This document shows, in pieces, positions 32,117 to 42,833 of a stretch of DNA of 64,000 bases (its first letter is position 1; each line of letters opens with the position of its first letter). This stretch comes from Bacteroidales bacterium (GTDB lineage: Bacteria > Bacteroidota > Bacteroidia > Bacteroidales > Muribaculaceae). The notes beneath the pieces are model-generated. The model was not told the origin of the DNA, searched no databases, and saw nothing but the letters and a program-made list of their open reading frames with translations. Position numbers and translations under genes: made by a program. The stretch spans positions 22,143-86,142 of the forward strand of contig SUXG01000007.1 of assembly GCA_015061085.1 (NCBI GenBank), written 5' to 3'.

Positions 32117-34144
32117 ATGAAAAGAACATTTACAATTTTAAGCATTCTGACAATTATGATTTTTTCATCTTTCTATTCGGAAGCAAAAATCATCAACAAT
32201 GAATCAATCGATTCAATTATTTCAGAGATTTATTCTCAGGACCCATCAATTGACAAAGACTTGTTACATCGAGGCATCAGCCAAGTCGCTTCATTATGGA
32301 ATGAGTCAGATGGAGATCAAAATCAATTCATCGAATTTGTAAAAGACAACTATGCGACAAGCCCGGAGCTTCGCCGCCAATTATTCGACAAACTATGCAC
32401 AGCGATGGAAGTTCTAAAAGGAACATCAAATCAAGTTGCTGTTGAACTTAGTTTACCTACAATCCTCGCCGGTCCGGATCCAACAAATATCGACTATATC
32501 ATGAGCGCATTCAATCCATACGCTCACCTTCAAAATGACCTTTTTGAAAATAAAGTCGCATTCATCACAATCCTTAACTTTCCAAACTTCTCTCTTGAAG
32601 AAAAAAATACTCTTGGCAAAAATTGGAGCCGTCTCGAATGGGCATACGCTCGCTTAGGCGATATGTTTACTTCTCGAATTGATGCCAACTTAAACAAAGA
32701 AGTAGCTCAAAATGATGCTAATGCCAACAACTACATTGCCGAATACAATATCATTATGGGAAACATCCTAAACAACAAAGGCAAAAAATTATTTCCTGCC
32801 GATATGGTATTGCTTTCACACTGGAATCTTCGTGACGAAATCAAATCAAACTATGCATCTTTGCCTAATGCAAATGAAAAACAAGAATTAATCTACGATA
32901 TTCTTTGCCACATTGTTAATGGAACTATACCTCAAGATGTCATCAACAACAAATCCTACGATTGGAATCCTATAAATAATACTGCCTACAAAAATGGAGA
33001 GAAGATAGAGTTAAAGGCAGAAGACGCTCGACGCTACGAACACATCCTCGCTCATTTCAAAACCATGTTAAAAATTGACCCATACCAACCACAACAACCG
33101 ACCGGTATTGTTCGTAATTTTGAAGGTTCTATGGAAATGATGCCGCAGGAAGTTGAAGAAATGTTTGTCAACCTTGTATCGTCTCCTCAAATTAAAAATG
33201 TGGCGAAGATTATTCGCAAACGTCTTGGTCGCGACTTGCGCCCATACGACATTTGGTATGATGGTTTCAAATCTCGCAGTGCTATTTCTGAAGATGATCT
33301 GACCACATTAACTCGCAAAAAATATCCTAATCCACAAGCATTCGAAAAGGATATGCCAAGAATGCTCCGTCAACTTGGATTTGATGATAAAAATGCCGAC
33401 TTTATCTCAAGTAAAATTAAAGTAGAAGGAGCGCGCGGTTCAGGTCATGCTTGGGGAGCTGTAGGTCGCTGGGAAAAATCGTTGCTTAGAACACGCATTG
33501 CCGACAACGGCATGGACTACAAAGGATATAACATCGCAGTTCACGAGTTTGGGCATAATGTAGAACAGACAATAGACCTATATAACATCGACCATTTCAC
33601 AATGGCAGGTGTTCCTAACACCGGATTTACTGAAGCTCTTGCGTTCATTTTCCAAAAACGCGACCTTAAACTTCTTGGATACGATCATTCTATCGACGAC
33701 AATACAACACTCGACATCTTCTGGGGACTATACGAAATCATGGGCGTATCATTAGTTGACATGAAAATGTGGCAATGGCTATATGAGAATCCGGAAGCAA
33801 ATGCTCAGCAATTACGCGATGCTACTATTAGAATTGCAAAAGAAGTTTGGAACGCATATTATTACCCTGTACTCGGAGAAAAAGATTCTCCTATCCTTGC
33901 TTGCTACTCACACATGGTCAATTCACCGATGTATCTACCAAACTACCCTCTTGGTCATATCATCGAGTTCCAACTTGAAGAACATTTTGCTAAATTCAAT
34001 AATCCTTCTGATTTCGCTAACGAAATACTACGAATCTACCAACTTGGACGACTCACTCCAAACCATTGGATGACTCAAGCCGTTGGCTCAAAACCTTCGA
34101 CTACTCCTATCCTAAATGCTATCGACAAAATTCTTAAAAAGTAA
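32117..34144 (+). CDS. Secreted gluzincin-type metallopeptidase-like protein
   Basis: Signal peptide; HEFGH (HExxH) with downstream FTEALA as likely third ligand; YLPNYPLG. Confidence 0.65.
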   Translation: MKRTFTILSILTIMIFSSFYSEAKIINNESIDSIISEIYSQDPSIDKDLLHRGISQVASLWNESDGDQNQFIEFVKDNYATSPELRRQLFDKLCTAMEVLKGTSNQVAVELSLPTILAGPDPTNIDYIMSAFNPYAHLQNDLFENKVAFITILNFPNFSLEEKNTLGKNWSRLEWAYARLGDMFTSRIDANLNKEVAQNDANANNYIAEYNIIMGNILNNKGKKLFPADMVLLSHWNLRDEIKSNYASLPNANEKQELIYDILCHIVNGTIPQDVINNKSYDWNPINNTAYKNGEKIELKAEDARRYEHILAHFKTMLKIDPYQPQQPTGIVRNFEGSMEMMPQEVEEMFVNLVSSPQIKNVAKIIRKRLGRDLRPYDIWYDGFKSRSAISEDDLTTLTRKKYPNPQAFEKDMPRMLRQLGFDDKNADFISSKIKVEGARGSGHAWGAVGRWEKSLLRTRIADNGMDYKGYNIAVHEFGHNVEQTIDLYNIDHFTMAGVPNTGFTEALAFIFQKRDLKLLGYDHSIDDNTTLDIFWGLYEIMGVSLVDMKMWQWLYENPEANAQQLRDATIRIAKEVWNAYYYPVLGEKDSPILACYSHMVNSPMYLPNYPLGHIIEFQLEEHFAKFNNPSDFANEILRIYQLGRLTPNHWMTQAVGSKPSTTPILNAIDKILKK

Positions 34145-34169
34145 AATTCAGACAAAGCATTAGATAAAC

Positions 34170-34210
34170 ATGACCTCAAAGTTTTCAGTCAACTTTGAGG
34201 TCATTTCTTT
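34170..34210 (+). terminator. Intrinsic terminator ending the UpxY-peptidase run
   Basis: ATGACCTCAAAGTT / AACTTTGAGGTCAT arms followed by TTCTTT. Confidence 0.8.
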
Positions 34211-34281
34211 CAATTTTATATCATATCCGGCTATTGATTACTTTATTAATTCCGCAACGACAAAGCAACGATATAAATCAT

Positions 34282-34596
34282 CTATCGATTAAATAAATGT
34301 CGAAACGCAGCGATGGGGTCATAGATAAGCATTCTTGGTCCGGACCATCGCATCACCTCTCTGATCTTTTCTCTCATCTGCGGTGCATAACAATGAATGG
34401 GACATTTTTTGCATGCTGTTTTCTTCTCTCCAAATTTGCAATAATCAAGCCGACGACACGCATATTCACCCAGTTCTATATACTCCGACGGCACTTCTTT
34501 CAGTCCTAAATGATGCTTGCAATAAAGCTCAATCATGCGAAGCACGACACGCTTCTCACGCTCGATTCTTGGCTTTTCAATTGCGCTCCTATTCAT
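34282..34596 (-). CDS. YgbA / nitrous oxide-stimulated promoter family protein
   Basis: REK..V..MIELYC, CKFGEKKTACKKCPIHCY, VMRWSGPRML. Confidence 0.88.
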   Translation of the reverse strand: MNRSAIEKPRIEREKRVVLRMIELYCKHHLGLKEVPSEYIELGEYACRRLDYCKFGEKKTACKKCPIHCYAPQMREKIREVMRWSGPRMLIYDPIAAFRHLFNR

Positions 34597-34599
34597 AAT

Positions 34600-35025
34600 C
34601 TACGACAAATGACGCTTTAAAACTTTTGCGCAATATCGAGACAGCGTTTGCTCTGACTCTTCATAATTTTCGACCAACAATGGCGCAAAATCCAAATACT
34701 TCAGCAATCGAAAACAAAGCATATCCGCTTCTTCTGACGTTTGCAATTCTTCTATCAGTCGGCAGGCATAATCCATATCTACACTCTCATGCTCAAAGAG
34801 ATAGGAAGCCAACAGTCTCGATTCTCTTACGCCATTATCAGCCCATAGCCATTCAGCCAATTCCATTGACTTTTCATTCTGTCGAGCGATTTCAGCTATC
34901 TGAGGGACATTGAGACCAAAGACAATACGATAGCAAGTGATTCCTGCTTGACGCAAACTATCTGCAACAGCACCATTGCGATATGTCATAAATAAATGTT
35001 TTATTTCTCTTATCTTTTCTTGCAT
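34600..35025 (-). CDS. DNA alkylation repair (AlkD-like HEAT) family short protein
   Basis: YRNGAVADSLRQAG..FGLNVPQI, LW..GVRESRLLA. Confidence 0.7.
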   Translation of the reverse strand: MQEKIREIKHLFMTYRNGAVADSLRQAGITCYRIVFGLNVPQIAEIARQNEKSMELAEWLWADNGVRESRLLASYLFEHESVDMDYACRLIEELQTSEEADMLCFRLLKYLDFAPLLVENYEESEQTLSRYCAKVLKRHLS

Positions 35026-35193
35026 AAATTTCACATTTCTGATTCAGACCTCAAAATTAATGCTTGCTTCGCATAAATCCAAATAATATTCACATTCTTC
35101 TATATTGTCAAGTTATCAAGCATTAATATTTGTTTATTATCAAGTCTCAAAATTATTTATTAATTTTGCAACTACAATTTTACAGATTAAGAT

Positions 35194-35622
35194 ATGGGAA
35201 GAATTTTAGCTATAGACTACGGAAAAAAACGTTGTGGTATCGCTGTTACTGATATTCTAAAGATAGCGGCAAACGGTCTGCCTACAGTTGCAACAAAGGA
35301 TTTGATGAATTTTCTTAAATCATATTGCGCAAAGGAAGATGTGGAAGAAATCGTAGTCGGACAGCCTAAGACGCTGCGTAACGAGCCTTCAGAATCGATG
35401 AAATACATCAATCCGTTTCTTGGACAGCTCCGAAAAGAGTTACCTGATATGAAGGTGACTATGTTTGACGAACGCTTCACCTCATCGATTGCTCATCGCG
35501 AGATGTTGGCTGCCGGAATGAAGAAAAGCGATCGCCAACGAAAGGAATTAGCCGACGAAATGGCAGCTACAATTATTTTGACCGACTACCTCCAAAGCCA
35601 CCAATTCAACTCACAATTTTAA
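35194..35622 (+). CDS. ruvX: Pre-16S rRNA nuclease YqgF/RuvX
   Basis: ILAIDYGKKRCGIAVTD, DERFTS, DEMAATIIL. Confidence 0.95.
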   Translation: MGRILAIDYGKKRCGIAVTDILKIAANGLPTVATKDLMNFLKSYCAKEDVEEIVVGQPKTLRNEPSESMKYINPFLGQLRKELPDMKVTMFDERFTSSIAHREMLAAGMKKSDRQRKELADEMAATIILTDYLQSHQFNSQF

Positions 35623-35727
35623 CTATGTAAATGTGTTCAAATTATAAGGAACGTCAAAATTCAGAAATCATCTCATAGCAATTTCTAAAATTCCCTTGAG
35701 CAAGTAGTTTTTTTAACATTAATCCTT

Positions 35728-37911
35728 TTATGAGCGGGTGACATCTTTGATTCCCTTCACTGTCGAAATTTTTCGAATAATCGAATTTAATTGCGTCAAA
35801 TCAGGCACACCTATAACCAGATAGCCTTGAAACAGTCCATCGTTGGAGTCTATCGATATATTACGCAATACAACGTTCTTTTCCTTCGATATAATTGATG
35901 TGATATTAGTCACAATACCAATGTCGTCTTGTCCAAGAATACGCAACGTTGCCGACATCATATTGCCCGACGTTCCACTCCATGCCACATTTATCAAACG
36001 ATACGGATAACGGCTCTTTATATGTTGGGCGTTAGGACAATCTTGCTTATGAATCTTAACAACTCCGTCAGAACTTATAAAACCGAACACAGAATCACCA
36101 TAAATTGGATTACAACATTTTGCAAACCTGTAATTTAGTCCCTTTATGCTTTTTTCGCCTATAACCAACACGTCTTGACTTTGGTCATCATCGGCGGATG
36201 AGGTATTAATCTTAAATTCTTCTGCTGCTACATGAGTAGTTTCTGAATCCTTGCGTTCTATCTCTTGACAAACAGCAATTACCTTATTAAGGTCTAACAC
36301 CTCATCAGCAATATCGGCATAAAAATCATTTGAGAACTTATAACCAAGCTTCTTGATGGCTCTCATTAATATAGATTCCTCTATTTCAAGTTTTCTGTTT
36401 TTTGCACGCCGCTCTAAAGCCTCCTTGCCAAAATCAGCCTTACGCATTTTGGCTTCATTAAGGCTTTGCTTTATTTTATTTCGTGCCTTTGTCGTAACTA
36501 CAATCGACAGCCAATCTTGCTTGGGTGTCTGCGTGGAAGAGGTGATAATCTCTATGGTATCGCCATTCTTGATTTTATATGAAATCTTCTCATGTCTGCC
36601 GTTGACCACAGCACCAGTACATTGACTTCCGACACGCGAATGTATTTGGAATGCAAAATCAAGCACTGTAGCACCATTTGACAATCTGAACAAATCACCC
36701 TTCGGTGTAAAAGCAAATACTTCCTTATTGTAGATGTCCATCTTCATATTCTTCATCAACTGCATTGGTCCCGCCTCGGCTGTCTCAAGAATATCTCTGA
36801 CATTATTCATCCACTGATCAGTACTATCGCTTTTGCCTCCCTTATAACGCCAATGTGCTGCAAGCCCTTTTTCTGCTATCAAATCCATACGTCTAGTACG
36901 GAATTGCACCTCTACCCATTTATTTTCCGGACCCATAACTGTCGCATGCAGACTTTCATAACCGTTGCTTTTAGGAATTGAAATCCAATCCTTCATGCGA
37001 GCCGGATTTGCTGTGTACATATCAGCAAGTATCGAGTATGCCAACCAACAATCACTTTTCTCACGCTCAATCGATGTATCTATAATGACACGAATAGCAA
37101 ACAAATCGTAAATATGCTGAATATCAACTTTTTGCTTCTGCATTTTTGCCCATATCGATGAAATAGACTTTGTTCTACCTTTTATTTCAAACTTAAGTCC
37201 TGCAGCTTCTAATTTTGCTTTTACCGGAGCTATAAATGATGCTATATACTGCTGTCGCTCGCTTTTTGTGTCTTTAAGTTTTGTTGCTATTTGTGTAAAA
37301 ATCTCTCGATTTGTGTATTTGAGCGACAAATCTTCAAGTTCTCCTTTTATGACATACAAACCTAAACGATGTGCCAATTGAGCATATAGGCAATTCGCTT
37401 CAAATGCCACTGTACGCACCCAAGCCTCATCTTCATGGTGATTAATCACTCGCATCAGTGCAAGGCTGTGAACGATCATTATTATTATCACTCGGATATC
37501 ATCTGCCAACGACAATAAAAGCCCTCTGAAATTATCTTGATTGACAGAGCTGTTTCTGCAACTGAATTTGCCGACTTTCTGCAGTCCGCTAATCATTCCA
37601 CTCACATCATCACCCCAATCATTTTTCACTTGCACTGCATCTATTAAACCTTTCGATACATACGGATAAAGCAATATTGCCACAAGCATATTACGATCTG
37701 CATCGACTTTTTCTATAAGTAGCATAGCAGTGTGAAATGTTATCAATGCTGTAGAAATCCCATGCTCTTCCTTATCATCATTGTCTGCCCTCAAACAACA
37801 CTTTAAATCTCTGACAAGTATCTCAAATTCAGATGTTGTCATTATCTTTGAAATCGAGCCATACAAACTGCGAACGCTCGATATTATTTCTTTTATAAGT
37901 CCTTTATCCAT
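35728..37911 (-). CDS. relA: Long RelA/SpoT homolog, (p)ppGpp synthetase with degenerate HD domain
   Basis: LAHRLGL, GRTKSISSI, YDLFAIR, RMKD, NGYESLH, EVQFRT; TGS (FTPKG, DFAFQIHS), CC and ACT domains. Confidence 0.93.
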   Translation of the reverse strand: MDKGLIKEIISSVRSLYGSISKIMTTSEFEILVRDLKCCLRADNDDKEEHGISTALITFHTAMLLIEKVDADRNMLVAILLYPYVSKGLIDAVQVKNDWGDDVSGMISGLQKVGKFSCRNSSVNQDNFRGLLLSLADDIRVIIIMIVHSLALMRVINHHEDEAWVRTVAFEANCLYAQLAHRLGLYVIKGELEDLSLKYTNREIFTQIATKLKDTKSERQQYIASFIAPVKAKLEAAGLKFEIKGRTKSISSIWAKMQKQKVDIQHIYDLFAIRVIIDTSIEREKSDCWLAYSILADMYTANPARMKDWISIPKSNGYESLHATVMGPENKWVEVQFRTRRMDLIAEKGLAAHWRYKGGKSDSTDQWMNNVRDILETAEAGPMQLMKNMKMDIYNKEVFAFTPKGDLFRLSNGATVLDFAFQIHSRVGSQCTGAVVNGRHEKISYKIKNGDTIEIITSSTQTPKQDWLSIVVTTKARNKIKQSLNEAKMRKADFGKEALERRAKNRKLEIEESILMRAIKKLGYKFSNDFYADIADEVLDLNKVIAVCQEIERKDSETTHVAAEEFKINTSSADDDQSQDVLVIGEKSIKGLNYRFAKCCNPIYGDSVFGFISSDGVVKIHKQDCPNAQHIKSRYPYRLINVAWSGTSGNMMSATLRILGQDDIGIVTNITSIISKEKNVVLRNISIDSNDGLFQGYLVIGVPDLTQLNSIIRKISTVKGIKDVTRS

Positions 37912-38068
37912 ACTGCAAAATTAAAAAATACATACTAAACCAACAAAAATTAATCAGCTATTTTTAAGATTGTTTTGCTGTTACAAAAAAAATGCTTAAC
38001 TTTGCACGCCATTACGTAGGGTCGCTCCCTACAAAGTAATTATTTATCATTAATAACTGCAGAAAACA

Positions 38069-38326
38069 ATGAAAAAAGACATTCATCCTTCTAATTATCG
38101 CGAAGTGGTTTTCAAAGATATGTCATGCGAAGAAATCTTTATCACTCGCTCTACAGTAGCTGCCAAAGAGACTATCGAAGTTGATGGCAAAGAATATCCT
38201 TTGGTAAAGCTTGAAATCACAAGTGCTTCTCACCCATTCTTCACAGGTAAGCAGAAACTTGTCGATACAGCTGGTCGTGTTGATAAATTCCGCAGCCGCT
38301 ACGGTAATCGTTCTTCTAAGAAATAA
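38069..38326 (+). CDS. rpmE2: 50S ribosomal protein L31 type B
   Basis: [22 protein letters not shown]; no CxC Zn pairs. Confidence 0.96.
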   Translation: MKKDIHPSNYREVVFKDMSCEEIFITRSTVAAKETIEVDGKEYPLVKLEITSASHPFFTGKQKLVDTAGRVDKFRSRYGNRSSKK

Positions 38327-38346
38327 TTGGAAGCGACAAAACGAAC

Positions 38347-38389
38347 AAAAAATCCCGATGATGACGATCACCGGGATTTTTTATTTTTT
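38347..38389. terminator. Bidirectional terminator between rpmE2 and ddh
   Basis: AAAAAATCCCG ... CGGGATTTTTT. Confidence 0.8.
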
Positions 38390-38403
38390 ATTGCTGACTT
38401 GCA

Positions 38404-39303
38404 TTACACTAATCGACCAATCAAATCTTCTCTTTCTCCTTCAAGAAAATCGATTATCGGAATTTCAACCATTGTGTAACATCCCGGCATTTGGCGTAAT
38501 GATGCACGCGCTGCACACACAAGGATTTGTGCCGTAAGCGCAGGGTTATTGATACGCATATTGAATTCGAACAATTGATTTTGCGTCTTTCCCGACACGC
38601 CTTTTCTTGTCATATTCACTCCGTGACCCATATCTTTCAACGCATCGACACTCTCGACAGCAATCACATGAGTTTCATCGTTGACAAAATAAGGGTCGGT
38701 CTTAATAGCTTGTGCCACCTTATTATAGTCATAACCATCTTCCAATTCGATATATACCATACGACGATGTATCCCTGTGCCTGTCGGGATAGTCATCGAA
38801 AGTGCTGCTTTTACTCCATCGACAGCTTTTACTGCCACTGTGTGTCCCATACTCATTCCGGGACCGAAGTTAGTATAAGTAATACCCTTTGGAGCCATGG
38901 CTTCAAACATCATTCTCACAACAGAGTCACTGCCCGGATCCCATCCCGCAGATATGACTGCCACTGCCTGACCACTCTTTGCTGCCTTTTCAAGACTTCT
39001 TCTTAATGCAACAATTTCAGAATGTATATCAAAACTATCAACTGTATTAATACCGAGTGCCAAAATCTCTTTTGCGTATTGCTCTACCGAACGAGTCGGA
39101 GCTGTAAGGATAGCAACATCGACATCTTTCAACTTAGTAATATCATCGACCACCTCATAGCATGCTATCTCTGCAGGGCAATTATTTGTACCGGCTCTTC
39201 TGACAATACCTACCAACTCAAAATCTGCAGCCGCCTCAATAGCCTCAACTGCAAACTTACCTACATTGCCGTAACCGACTACGGCTGCTCTAATCTTTTT
39301 CAT
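38404..39303 (-). CDS. ddh: meso-diaminopimelate D-dehydrogenase
   Basis: VVGYGNVG Rossmann motif, NTVDSFDIH, SAGWDPG, FGPGMSMGH, NNPALTA. Start moved to ATG 39303. Confidence 0.93.
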   Translation of the reverse strand: MKKIRAAVVGYGNVGKFAVEAIEAAADFELVGIVRRAGTNNCPAEIACYEVVDDITKLKDVDVAILTAPTRSVEQYAKEILALGINTVDSFDIHSEIVALRRSLEKAAKSGQAVAVISAGWDPGSDSVVRMMFEAMAPKGITYTNFGPGMSMGHTVAVKAVDGVKAALSMTIPTGTGIHRRMVYIELEDGYDYNKVAQAIKTDPYFVNDETHVIAVESVDALKDMGHGVNMTRKGVSGKTQNQLFEFNMRINNPALTAQILVCAARASLRQMPGCYTMVEIPIIDFLEGEREDLIGRLV

Positions 39304-39438
39304 CCTGTTAAAAGTATTTATTTCGTCTGACCAAATAGCGGTCAAAATCTAGATTTTGAACAAAATTAGTAAAAAACATTTATTAAACAATTCTACTCTA
39401 ACATTTGTTTTAAAGCCAGATATTTAATCTTATTAACT

Positions 39439-41145
39439 ATGGAACACATTATTGATTTTTTTCGCACCTATCCCGAAATGGCTATTTTTCTCACCATTGG
39501 GGTTGGCTTTTGGATCGGAAGCCTTAAGTACAAATCATTTACTTTGGGAACCGTCACATCTGTTCTCCTTGTCGGAGTGCTTGTCGGGCAAATGGACATT
39601 CCAATATCCGGACCATTAAAATCTGTCTTTTTTCTACTATTTCTTTTTGCTATTGGTTATAGTGTCGGACCTCAATTTGTTCATTCGCTGCGTAGCTCCG
39701 GAATAAAACAAGTGGCTTTTGCCGTCATTGTCTGTATTGTCTGTCTCGGTGTGACAATAGGTATAGCCAAGATATTAGGCTATAACGCCGGAATGGCTGC
39801 CGGACTATTCTCCGGAGCTCAGACCATTTCAGCTGTTATCGGAGTCGGCACAGACACTATTTCCTCTTTAGACATTTCAAGCGCTGAAAAGGCAAAATGG
39901 ATTGACTTGATTCCTGTATGTTATGCTGTCACATACATTTTCGGAACAATAGGCTCTGCTTATATTCTTGGCACTATCGGTCCGATGATGCTTGGTGGTA
40001 TCAAAAAGGTAAAAGAAATGACTCGCCAATTGGAGCAAACCATGAGTCAATCCTCTACATCGAATGATCCTTCGCAAATTATAGCAAACAATCCTGTGGT
40101 TTTTCGTGCCTACAATGTTTCCTCCGAATGGTTTGCAGATGGTAAAACGATTGAAGAAATCGAAAAATATCTCAACGATCAGAAGCGCAGACTTTTCGTT
40201 GAACGTGTGCGCAAACAATCCGTCATTGTAAAAAATTTATCACCATACACTATAATCAACATCGGCGATGAAATTGTCATCAGTGGAAGACGAGACTATA
40301 TCATCGGAGATGAAAGTTGGATTGGGAAAGAGATTTTTGATTCTGAATTGCTTTCTTTCCCAATGAGCAACGTATCGGTAACGATATCAAAAAAACATAG
40401 TATAAATTTCCACACCATCGGTCAATTACGTTCAATGCCATTTATGTATGGAGTCATGATTAAAGAAGTTCGAAGAGGGAACGTGACACTACCAATCTAT
40501 GACGCTACAGAACTTATGGCAGGCGATCTTCTGGAATTAATCGGTTTAGAATCCGAAATCAAAGTTGCTGCACAAAACATCGGTTTCCTTGATCAACCGA
40601 CTAATAAGACCGACCTAATTTTTGTCGGATTAGGCATCCTTATAGGTGGCATCGTTGGTGCATTGACAATCAAAGCAGGTGGCATACCGATAAGTCTAAG
40701 TACAAGTGGTGGCGCTCTTATCGCAGGATTGATATTCGGTTGGCTTAGGACAAAACACCCTACATTCGGAAGAATACCTCAGCCTGCTATTTGGATTCTC
40801 AATAATTTAGGATTGAATATGTTTATCGCTGTAATTGGCATTTCTGCAGGACCGACATTCGTTGCAGGCATCAAAGAAGCCGGAATCACACTATTCATCG
40901 CCGGAGTCTTAGCAACAACTATTCCTTTAATTATAGCCATTTGGCTCGGCCATAAAGTGTTTAAATTCCATCCTGCAATCAATCTCGGATGCTGTGCCGG
41001 TGCACGCACAACCACCGCCGCTCTTGGTGCTATCCAAGAAAGTCTTGGCAGCAATATTCCGGCAATGGGCTATACTGTCACATACGCTGTAGGCAACACT
41101 TTACTTATTCTTATGGGTGTAGCCATGGTTCTGTTAAGCATATAA
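39439..41145 (+). CDS. aspT: Aspartate:alanine antiporter
   Basis: AAE-family N- and C-terminal TM halves around TrkA-C-like domains; AGARTTTAALG; adjacent to aspD. Confidence 0.92.
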   Translation: MEHIIDFFRTYPEMAIFLTIGVGFWIGSLKYKSFTLGTVTSVLLVGVLVGQMDIPISGPLKSVFFLLFLFAIGYSVGPQFVHSLRSSGIKQVAFAVIVCIVCLGVTIGIAKILGYNAGMAAGLFSGAQTISAVIGVGTDTISSLDISSAEKAKWIDLIPVCYAVTYIFGTIGSAYILGTIGPMMLGGIKKVKEMTRQLEQTMSQSSTSNDPSQIIANNPVVFRAYNVSSEWFADGKTIEEIEKYLNDQKRRLFVERVRKQSVIVKNLSPYTIINIGDEIVISGRRDYIIGDESWIGKEIFDSELLSFPMSNVSVTISKKHSINFHTIGQLRSMPFMYGVMIKEVRRGNVTLPIYDATELMAGDLLELIGLESEIKVAAQNIGFLDQPTNKTDLIFVGLGILIGGIVGALTIKAGGIPISLSTSGGALIAGLIFGWLRTKHPTFGRIPQPAIWILNNLGLNMFIAVIGISAGPTFVAGIKEAGITLFIAGVLATTIPLIIAIWLGHKVFKFHPAINLGCCAGARTTTAALGAIQESLGSNIPAMGYTVTYAVGNTLLILMGVAMVLLSI

Positions 41146-41172
41146 TTTATTTACCTTTTAATAATTAAAACT

Positions 41173-42816
41173 ATGAACAACAACGAAAAATTGCCCAACG
41201 AAATGATAAATTACGGGCAGAATTTTGAAAAACGTCTTGAACATCTAAGTCCTTTCGAAATTAAAAACGACTTAATAAGCTACGCAAAAGAATCAAGCAA
41301 AAACTCTTCTACAATGTTTCTGAACGCCGGTCGAGGTAATCCCAATTGGATCGCCACTATTCCACGCCAAGCGCTGTTTCTAATCGGGCAATTCGGCATT
41401 CAAGACTGCATTAAAAACTCCAATTACGAACAAAAAGATATTGCGCCAATACCGGAAAAGAAGGGCATTGCCGATCGTTTTATGCATTATCTTGGCGACT
41501 GCATGGTTTCCAAATTCCTTCGTAAAGCCTACGCTTATTGCGTGACTAAAGGCATCGTCGGTGATGATTTGGTCTATGAATGGGTGAGTGGAATCATCGG
41601 CGACCAATATCCAAATCCCGATCGTATTCTAACCAATACAGAGATTATTCTTAATTGGTATCTCAAACAAGAAATGTGCGCAAATTCCAAGGAGTTCACA
41701 AAATACGACTTGTTTGCCACAGAAGGAGGCACTGCCGCAATGTGTTATTTATTTAACACTCTTAAGGCAAACAAACTTCTCGGTCATGGCGACCACATCG
41801 CCTTAATGACACCGATTTTCACTCCATACATTGAAATCCCAAATCTAAAAGAATTCGGATTTAAAGTGACCAACATTCAAGCGTCAAAATTGACAAAAGA
41901 CGGTTACCATTCATGGCAATATCCTGATGAAGAGCTCAACAAACTCAAAGACCCATCAATCAGAGTCTTATGCCTCGTCAATCCGAGCAATCCTCCGTCA
42001 TATACACTTGACGAAAGGACTCATCAACGCATCGCCGAAATTGTAAAACATCATAATCCACACCTTATGATTATCACCGACGATGTCTATGGGACTTTCG
42101 TTCCAAACTTTAAGTCCATCATTACAGAATTGCCTTTCAACACAGCTTGCGTATATTCTTTCTCTAAGTATTTCGGTTGCACCGGTTGGAGATTAGCTGT
42201 AATTGCTATGGCTCAAAAAAATGTTTTTGATGCCTCCATTTCTCAACTTCAAACCGGTCAGCGACAAGAACTGCATCGCCGATACCAAAGCATATCTACC
42301 GAACCGGATAAACTGAAGTTTATCGACAGACTTGTAGCTGACAGCAGACTTGTAGCACTAAATCATACTGCCGGACTATCTACACCACAGCAAATCCAAA
42401 TGTCTCTATTTGCCCTCTATGCCCTTCTTGACAGCGAAAACACATACAAAAACAATATGCAATCGCTCATCAAGAAACGTCTTAATGCAATGTGGGAAAG
42501 CACAGGATTTAAGCTTCTCGATGACTCTCTAAGAGCCGGATACTATTCAGAAATCGACATTATGCTTTGGGCAGAAAGATTATACGGCGACGATTTTGCC
42601 AAGTGGCTCCAAAAGAACTACGAACCAATCGACTTTGTAATTCGTCTCGCCAAAGAGACTGGTATTGTATTGCTCAACGGTAGTGGATTTGACGGTCCTC
42701 TTTGGTCAGTCAGAGCATCGTTGGCAAATCTCAACGAAGAAGATTATCGCAAAATCGGTCAGTGCATCGGCAAAATGCTTGAAGAATACGCCACTCACTG
42801 GTATCCTCAAAGCTAA
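41173..42816 (+). CDS. aspD: Aspartate 4-decarboxylase (PLP)
   Basis: LSPFE, NAGRGNPNW, FATEGGTAAM, NPSNPP, SFSKYFG.TGWRL, LNHTAGLSTPQQ. Confidence 0.95.
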   Translation: MNNNEKLPNEMINYGQNFEKRLEHLSPFEIKNDLISYAKESSKNSSTMFLNAGRGNPNWIATIPRQALFLIGQFGIQDCIKNSNYEQKDIAPIPEKKGIADRFMHYLGDCMVSKFLRKAYAYCVTKGIVGDDLVYEWVSGIIGDQYPNPDRILTNTEIILNWYLKQEMCANSKEFTKYDLFATEGGTAAMCYLFNTLKANKLLGHGDHIALMTPIFTPYIEIPNLKEFGFKVTNIQASKLTKDGYHSWQYPDEELNKLKDPSIRVLCLVNPSNPPSYTLDERTHQRIAEIVKHHNPHLMIITDDVYGTFVPNFKSIITELPFNTACVYSFSKYFGCTGWRLAVIAMAQKNVFDASISQLQTGQRQELHRRYQSISTEPDKLKFIDRLVADSRLVALNHTAGLSTPQQIQMSLFALYALLDSENTYKNNMQSLIKKRLNAMWESTGFKLLDDSLRAGYYSEIDIMLWAERLYGDDFAKWLQKNYEPIDFVIRLAKETGIVLLNGSGFDGPLWSVRASLANLNEEDYRKIGQCIGKMLEEYATHWYPQS

Positions 42817-42833
42817 AACCCTTATCTAAGGTT

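Noticed and set aside
38069-38326. Zn-free L31 as a sign of a zinc-starvation paralog
   Set aside because: Type B L31 is the usual form in Bacteroidetes, and no Zur-like box was evident.
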